From a virus (Duplodnaviria; Caudoviricetes), in the IMG/VR virus record IMGVR_UViG_3300047272_000153, positions 1 through 41,149 of that record: a DNA stretch of 41,149 nt; one strand, 5' to 3'. Numbering within the stretch: position 1 is the stretch's first letter; every line of letters starts with the position of its first letter. The notes under the pieces were generated by a model. The model worked only from the letters and a program-made list of their open reading frames with translations. It was not told where the DNA came from and made no database searches. The position numbers and the translations under genes were made by a program. This document shows, one piece after another, positions 35,713 through 41,149 of this stretch.

Positions 35713-35881
35713 CTCTATCCAATCGTTCGCTGTTAATATTAACTGCGTCCCTCATGCTGCTACCTGAATTTGGTTTCAGTTCGCTTAAATAATGTTGTAC
35801 CAACCATCTAATTGCTGCTGTAAATCCAACAACTAAAGTCATTATGGCTACGGCAAAGCCAGCCCATTCCGTTGCTGTCAT
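35657..35881 (-). CDS. Small membrane protein of the lysis cassette
   Basis: 74 aa, one TM, then ELKPNSGSSMRDAV coiled coil, a pattern seen in actinophage lysis regions. Confidence 0.65.
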   Translation of the reverse strand: MTATEWAGFAVAIMTLVVGFTAAIRWLVQHYLSELKPNSGSSMRDAVNINSERLDRVEQRVDQIYLILCEGKSK

Positions 35882-38136
35882 TATACCGTTCTCACCACAA
35901 TCGTAATAATGCCACCGTAACCATTGAACTTATCTGGTGGAGTTGTGCGCTTAAATGAAATGCCTTCAATTTGTACCTGACGTAGTTCTTGTGTGTTTAA
36001 ATCCTGCCACAATAGTACGTCTCCGCTTTCTTCGATTGCCTCTAATTGCAGAAGGCGCTCATGCGCTCTACCCTTATAGCCAGTAGTCACGCCATTACGG
36101 TCTGACTCTGTATCAAAGCAATAAACAGGAAACTGAATTAGTCGCTGACGTGGAGTAGCGATAGTAGCCTTAGCCTGATAGCCCTTGAATACGGGGCCAA
36201 GTGAAGCAGTTGTAGCATCACGTGTAAATAAAAACTTGTAAGCAATATACTCACGGGCTACAGATGGCTGGTTAGTACCGACTTCAAGTGATGGTACTTG
36301 TGAGTCATATGTAATATGGTCGTATTCAACACCATCAATGTCTACTGTAAGTAGGCTTAGTGAACCTTTAGAAAAATCACCGCGTCCAATAAGACGCTTA
36401 AAGTTCTTAGGCTCTAGTGTTCCGTAACGAATATTACCTGTAGTTAAATAACCAGATGAAATTAAGTTAGTTGCTGACTCTATATACACAGCGCCAGGTG
36501 ATGTTACGTGTGCTGTAGTTGCAGATACTACCGTTGAAACCACGTCGGTACCAGCAAGTGCATAAGTAAATGTTGTTGTAGTTGGCACAGATACTACAGT
36601 AAAAGTAGTAGTTGTGCTATTGAATACAGAACCAGATACAGTATCTACACCTTGAACCCAAATTATATCACCAACAGATAAACCGTGTGCTGTTTGAGTA
36701 GTAAGTGTTACTACGCCAGATGTTTTTGCTTTGTTAGTTACTCTAGTACCTTTAATATTTGCCTGACTTGTAAAGGCTAGTTGGTCTGTGCCATCAATAA
36801 ATGCACAGGCTGTGGTGTAACGACCAGTAACTCCTGACTGGTAAATGTCATTAGCGTAAGCAAAGCGTAGAGTTTCAATCTCATTACTAAGGTCAATACG
36901 AATAACCCCTGGCTCACCATCTACACCAGTTGCGCACCATACATAATGGTCACGTGCAGCAAAGTCATAGCATGGTTGGCTAGTCTCAACGATTAGTGGG
37001 CCGTAATTAATAGAACCATCTTGGTCAGAGACAACTGCTGCACGCACTCCCTTGCTAGTACCTATCATCATATAACCTAGGTAGTAGTAAATCTTATGCA
37101 CTACTTCACCAACTGGTAACTCTGCTGCAACTATTGCGCTAGTAAGCGTAGGCATTACACCAGAAGTATTAAGGGTAAACTTTTGGATTGTAGATTGAAT
37201 ACCATTGTAGCCAGCAATATAAATAGCAGGGCCAGATGCAGTAATAGATGTATAAATATGTGATGTTGATGGGTGTGTATATATAGGTGTTGGGATAGGG
37301 CCAGAATGAGAACCAGAAAATTCATACACTTTATTGTCAGCGCACATAACAATACGTTCTTTTACAAATTCCATAATTGCATTAGAAATTAAACCAGATT
37401 CATCAAACATAGTAACTATATCTGAAGCATCGGCTGCGCTGCCAGTTAAAGGCTTTTTATATACAGTCTTCTTTGTGGCTGTATTAGTAATCCAATAGGC
37501 TGTAGTTCCATCATCACAGATACCATGTACTGGAGCATCTGTGCCAGCATTGTAATTAATAAAGTGTGTCTCAGCACCAGTAGCATCAATCTTATCTACG
37601 TCATATTCGTCTTTAAGAAGAACACCCTTTGAACCATTCCATTCAATAGAACGCATCTCTTGAAAACGGCGACCAGTAGTACGTATATCTCCAGTAGTAA
37701 TGTGACCAGTAGTTACATCTTTAAGCATTGTTACTTGACCCTTAGTCCAAACATCTACACCTTTGCTATCGGCAAAGCGGTAGTGTCCAGACTCGTCATT
37801 AGTTCCTGGGTCATAGAAGTTAATACCTGCACCACTATGGAAAGACATTTGAGAACGTAGCCACCAACCAGTAAGCGATTGCTCGCCAGGCTCATTGCCG
37901 TTATCAAATTGGTCTTTACGGAATGGTGCAGTTTGACGGGTGCTTTCGTCTTTATCTGAGATTGCAGATATAAACGGCATACCGCCAATGGCTGTATCGT
38001 AAGAGATGTTAGTGTTCTGCCAGACAGCATCTGTAGAAACAATACCAATGTCAGCGATACCACGGGCAATAGGTAATCCGTCACCTGCTAACGCCCAGAC
38101 ATTACCATCACCTTCGGTTATATCACGACCAGCCAC
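35881..38136 (-). CDS. Putative tail nozzle (tail tubular protein B-like, beta-propeller)
   Basis: 751 aa, beta-rich, GTG start with GGAG RBS; size and position fit a podovirus nozzle. Confidence 0.55.
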   Translation of the reverse strand: MAGRDITEGDGNVWALAGDGLPIARGIADIGIVSTDAVWQNTNISYDTAIGGMPFISAISDKDESTRQTAPFRKDQFDNGNEPGEQSLTGWWLRSQMSFHSGAGINFYDPGTNDESGHYRFADSKGVDVWTKGQVTMLKDVTTGHITTGDIRTTGRRFQEMRSIEWNGSKGVLLKDEYDVDKIDATGAETHFINYNAGTDAPVHGICDDGTTAYWITNTATKKTVYKKPLTGSAADASDIVTMFDESGLISNAIMEFVKERIVMCADNKVYEFSGSHSGPIPTPIYTHPSTSHIYTSITASGPAIYIAGYNGIQSTIQKFTLNTSGVMPTLTSAIVAAELPVGEVVHKIYYYLGYMMIGTSKGVRAAVVSDQDGSINYGPLIVETSQPCYDFAARDHYVWCATGVDGEPGVIRIDLSNEIETLRFAYANDIYQSGVTGRYTTACAFIDGTDQLAFTSQANIKGTRVTNKAKTSGVVTLTTQTAHGLSVGDIIWVQGVDTVSGSVFNSTTTTFTVVSVPTTTTFTYALAGTDVVSTVVSATTAHVTSPGAVYIESATNLISSGYLTTGNIRYGTLEPKNFKRLIGRGDFSKGSLSLLTVDIDGVEYDHITYDSQVPSLEVGTNQPSVAREYIAYKFLFTRDATTASLGPVFKGYQAKATIATPRQRLIQFPVYCFDTESDRNGVTTGYKGRAHERLLQLEAIEESGDVLLWQDLNTQELRQVQIEGISFKRTTPPDKFNGYGGIITIVVRTV

Positions 38137-38145
38137 TATTGCTCC

Positions 38146-38229
38146 TTAGTATATTTGTAGTTCTGCTTCATCTACTGCATCATCTATGTCCCGTCGTAAC
38201 GGAACTATGTCAGTAAGTAATGTATCCAT
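38146..38229 (-). CDS. 27-aa acidic micro-ORF
   Basis: Not in the ORF track. MDTLLTDIVPLRRDIDDAVDEAELQIY with a GGAG RBS. Confidence 0.45.
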   Translation of the reverse strand: MDTLLTDIVPLRRDIDDAVDEAELQIY

Positions 38230-38239
38230 ATTTTCTCCA

Positions 38240-38263
38240 ACAAAAAACCCGCCGAAGCGGGTT
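38240..38263 (-). terminator. Intrinsic terminator with a UUCG tetraloop
   Basis: AACCCGC-TTCG-GCGGGTTTTTTG on the minus strand. Confidence 0.8.
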
Positions 38264-38279
38264 AGTTGTTATATATTTT

Positions 38280-39005
38280 TTATCCTAAAGATATTGCTTT
38301 TTTACGCAGACTTGCCGATAACTTAACATCTATGTCTCGTTTAGATATCTCAGGTCTAATATCGTGTAATCCTAAAAGACCAATAACTCCATCTGCTTCG
38401 GGAGTTAAGTTTTTTATATCTTTAAGGTTATGGTTAAAGTATTTCCACTCACAAAAATCATAGACTTTTTTAAGAACAGTTTCTGTGTTGTCTAGCAAAT
38501 CTTGATACTCTACAAAAAGAAACTGACCAGTATTAATTTCTTTTGCATGGTTAACTCCAGCAAGTGAACGCATAATCGGCTCTGAACCTTCATCAAGCAA
38601 TCCTTGTTCTGGATTAGCCCAACCATTTATCTTTCTTATATGAACAAAACTTTTAACTATTTCAATGACTGGTCTTGTCATTACAATAATCTTTGGAGTT
38701 TTAGTTATATAGTTATGTATTAAATTAAGATTGGCTGGTAATGTCCACGACCTACACTTATCAATAATACAACCAGTAGCATCTTCATAAAACATATCTG
38801 GTAATTTAGATATAAGTTTATTTTTAAATTCTGGTTTATTAAACATTTGTTCTGTTTGCTCACAAGATACTTGTGTATCCCACATTAACTGACATAGCGC
38901 AGAATTGCCTTCTGTATGTATGTCAGGGTTTTGACTTAAAATAGATGTCAAAACAGTAGAACCAGTTCGTGGTAATCCGCTAAGAAAAACTATGTCTTTG
39001 TTCAT
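38280..39005 (-). CDS. Sulfotransferase family protein
   Basis: PAPS-binding loop LSGLPRTGSTVL..IL.QNP; IDK; KIIVMTRP..EIVKS; FVEYQDL. Confidence 0.8.
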   Translation of the reverse strand: MNKDIVFLSGLPRTGSTVLTSILSQNPDIHTEGNSALCQLMWDTQVSCEQTEQMFNKPEFKNKLISKLPDMFYEDATGCIIDKCRSWTLPANLNLIHNYITKTPKIIVMTRPVIEIVKSFVHIRKINGWANPEQGLLDEGSEPIMRSLAGVNHAKEINTGQFLFVEYQDLLDNTETVLKKVYDFCEWKYFNHNLKDIKNLTPEADGVIGLLGLHDIRPEISKRDIDVKLSASLRKKAISLG

Positions 39006-39023
39006 GTCCCCACCTTAAATTGT

Positions 39024-39374
39024 TTAATCCATTGTATCCCATTGCTGGTCTGTTTCGTTCCAGTAATAAGGCCCTTCTGGTCGTTCTATTGGAGGCATCC
39101 AAGTACCTGTTTGAACATTTAATGTCCAAGATGGAAAAGGCGAAGGAGAAATAAATTTATCTAAGTTAGCATCATAACGCCAACCTACTCCTGGGTAGGC
39201 TCCACGGAAACTGCCATTATATGAACATTGCTTCCAATTAGTATAGCCACCTGACCATTCAGTTAAAAACTCAATACCAGATGCCTCTTCATTGGAAGCA
39301 TCTAATGCTTCATTGTTTACAACATGGACTTCAAAAACAATATTGTTTTCATTTAATTTTGCAAAGTGTGCCAT
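39024..39374 (-). CDS. Fibre-associated protein (MAHFAK type)
   Basis: 116 aa; WKQCSYN..FRG.Y.G.G..YD...D.FI.P.PFPSW; follows a Gly-rich gene. Confidence 0.65.
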   Translation of the reverse strand: MAHFAKLNENNIVFEVHVVNNEALDASNEEASGIEFLTEWSGGYTNWKQCSYNGSFRGAYPGVGWRYDANLDKFISPSPFPSWTLNVQTGTWMPPIERPEGPYYWNETDQQWDTMD

Positions 39375-40315
39375 TAGAAAGTTATGCTCCCGTTTCCAGT
39401 AAACTTATAATACTTGTATCCACCTGTGTTATATAGAGTTGGAGAACCAGTAGTTGATGCAGCATCTGGTCGTGAATCAAGTGTTCTAATAATAACAATA
39501 CCAGAACCACCTGCTCTACCATCAAAGTCAGCAGCACCGCCTGACTTTCCTCCTCCACCACCGCCACCAGTGTTAGCAGTTCCTGCTGCTGGATAGCCAG
39601 CACCACGACCACCACCAATACCACCGCCACCTAAACCAGCAATAGAAGAAACAACTTCATTAGCCTGAGTTCCTCCACCACCACCACCGCCAGCATAGTA
39701 GTAAGTTCCACTTACGTTTTGACCTGATGAAGTAGCAGCACCCCAAGCGGAAAAGGCTGTTGTACCATTTCCACCAGCACCTGCATAAGAACCGCTTGTT
39801 CCAGTTGTACCAGCAGCACCTGCACCGCCACCGCCACCAGAAGTTCCGCGACCGTTATCAGGCCCACCATTACCACCAGGGCCACCGTTGTTACCTTGAC
39901 CAGCAGTTCCTAAACCACCAGCATAAGTTCCACCATTGTAACCACCTGTACCACCACCAGAACCACCAGCAGCACCACCTGAGTTACTTGCGTTATTTGC
40001 TCTACCTCCACCAACGGCAGCAGTTATGCTAAATCCATCGGCTGTTACGGTTGAGTTAAGACCATTTGTCATTGTTCCGCTGTTTTGAGCACTTGTTCCA
40101 CCTGCTCCAACAGTTACTGTGTAGGTAAGTCCAGGTCGAAGATATGTTGCTCCGCTAGCGGAAACAACACCGCCAGCACCTCCGCCACCTCCACCATAGC
40201 CACCTCCGCCACCGCCTCCAGCAACCATAAGTATTGCGCCTTCAAAAGAAACAAATGCCTGTTGGTCCCAGATTTTATTTCTTACAGCACTATTTTTAAG
40301 GCTATAAATAGGCAT
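39374..40315 (-). CDS. Glycine-rich tail fibre/receptor-binding protein
   Basis: 313 aa; VAGGGGGG, YTVTVGAGG, ANTGGGGGG, GGSGIVIIR. Confidence 0.75.
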   Translation of the reverse strand: MPIYSLKNSAVRNKIWDQQAFVSFEGAILMVAGGGGGGGYGGGGGGAGGVVSASGATYLRPGLTYTVTVGAGGTSAQNSGTMTNGLNSTVTADGFSITAAVGGGRANNASNSGGAAGGSGGGTGGYNGGTYAGGLGTAGQGNNGGPGGNGGPDNGRGTSGGGGGAGAAGTTGTSGSYAGAGGNGTTAFSAWGAATSSGQNVSGTYYYAGGGGGGGTQANEVVSSIAGLGGGGIGGGRGAGYPAAGTANTGGGGGGGKSGGAADFDGRAGGSGIVIIRTLDSRPDAASTTGSPTLYNTGGYKYYKFTGNGSITF

Positions 40316-40617
40316 TAGGAAATCTCCACTCCCGAAATATGAAAGTTAACTGTAGTTGCAGATGCTAAACCTTTAATAGTTTTAGTCGTAGCCAGTACTT
40401 GTTTTAGTTCAATGATAGTAGAATCATTTGCTCCAATAACCACATCATTAGCAATTAAAACATCATCTAGCAACAAGTCAAATGTTGCTGATGAAGAAGC
40501 AGTATTTGCAACTAAAATATTAGTTACTACTGCAGTTGTGCTTGATGGTACTGTGTATAAGGTTGTGCTTGATGTTGATGCCGCTCCACGAAAGAGCGCC
40601 TTTGATGTTGTAGCCAT
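40315..40617 (-). CDS. Small beta-rich tail fibre adaptor-like protein (paralogue of 579-908)
   Basis: 100 aa, MATTSKALFRGAA...TTLYTVP...VVTNILVAN...FHISGVEIS. Confidence 0.6.
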   Translation of the reverse strand: MATTSKALFRGAASTSSTTLYTVPSSTTAVVTNILVANTASSSATFDLLLDDVLIANDVVIGANDSTIIELKQVLATTKTIKGLASATTVNFHISGVEIS

Positions 40618-40636
40618 TAGTTACTACTTCCTTTTC

Positions 40637-40768
40637 TTATTCTGTTACTTCTACATACTCTGCTTGTTTGCAGGCATCACAAATAGTTTTAAACTGTGGG
40701 TCTTCTATGTCTCTTTGTTCAAGATAGTTGTGTCCGCAAGCAGGACACTTGTAAAAATACTTAGGCAT
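40637..40768 (-). CDS. 43-aa FmdB-like Zn-ribbon peptide
   Basis: MPKYFYKCPACGH...CDAC; GGAGG RBS before the ATG at 40768. Confidence 0.6.
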   Translation of the reverse strand: MPKYFYKCPACGHNYLEQRDIEDPQFKTICDACKQAEYVEVTE

Positions 40769-40949
40769 TTGTATCCTCCGCTGGGTTAGTAAATGTATCG
40801 GTTTCTGAATTATAAATCCAACCAATTACTACGGCTTGAGTTTTTGGGTCATATTCAACCGCGGTTCCAACAGTTTGCGCTTCTTCTAAAGTATCACATA
40901 CTATTAAATTTTCAACTAAGTTATTATTTAATATAGCAAATTTAGGCAT
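40761..40949 (-). CDS. Small fibre-associated protein
   Basis: 62 aa, MPKFAIL.NN.VEN.IV...IGWIY....FT; short analogue of 39024-39374. Confidence 0.6.
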   Translation of the reverse strand: MPKFAILNNNLVENLIVCDTLEEAQTVGTAVEYDPKTQAVVIGWIYNSETDTFTNPAEDTNA

Positions 40950-40965
40950 TTTTATCCTTTCAATC

Positions 40966-41148
40966 TTAGTAATAAATTAAAATACAACCAGAGCCACCAA
41001 TGGTAGAACCACCACCAGCGCCGCCACCACCTGAACCGCCTGCTCCGCCTGCAGCACCTGTTGCGCCAGCGGCTAAGACACCACCACCGCCACCGCCGCC
41101 ACCGCCAGAACCACCGACAGCACCAGCAAATAATCCACTACCACCAGT
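40966..41148 (-). CDS. Glycine-rich fibre protein, C-terminal part (enters from the window end)
   Basis: Not in the ORF track. TGGSGLFAGAVGGSGGGGGGG...GGSGCILIYY then a stop at 40966-40968. Confidence 0.7.
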   Translation of the reverse strand, partial: TGGSGLFAGAVGGSGGGGGGGGGVLAAGATGAAGGAGGSGGGGAGGGSTIGGSGCILIYY

Positions 41149-41149
41149 A

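Noticed and set aside
1-41149. tRNA genes, integrase/attP, alternative genetic code
   Set aside because: No cloverleaf or recombinase motifs seen; TAA, TAG and TGA all terminate genes normally and ORFs tile densely under the standard code.

Overview
The window looks like a nearly complete ~41 kb genome of a lytic, short-tailed (podovirus-like) dsDNA phage that most likely infects Actinobacteria. Host evidence: a WhiB gene, a DUF4192-like gene, an actinobacterial-type transglycosylase, a split primase, and a mycobacteriophage-like helicase and nuclease. Two transcription units diverge from a ~520 bp non-coding control region (21310-21829) and converge on a bidirectional terminator at ~33115-33165. 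The minus-strand late arm runs terminase, portal, three putative ejection proteins, scaffold, major capsid, a cluster of very basic small proteins, tail adaptor and tail fibre. It then continues across the window ends into two Gly-rich fibre modules, a sulfotransferase, a tail nozzle and the lysis/membrane cassette. The plus-strand arm (21830-33115) holds early genes, replication genes and regulators (sigma-like factor, WhiB). I found no DNA polymerase, integrase, tRNA or CRISPR. The most interesting signals are: (1) a promoter-proximal hairpin (27288-27337) whose loop is complementary to an extended RBS motif shared by five early genes, a candidate anti-SD sRNA timing switch; (2) two distant basic proteins sharing only an N-terminal leader, a candidate capsid-targeting signal; (3) pseudoknotted leader RNAs; (4) an apparently branched, modular fibre system; (5) a frameshifted CHAP endolysin; (6) a possible TerS-TerL fusion. 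All functional calls come from motif recognition by eye; no database search was run.
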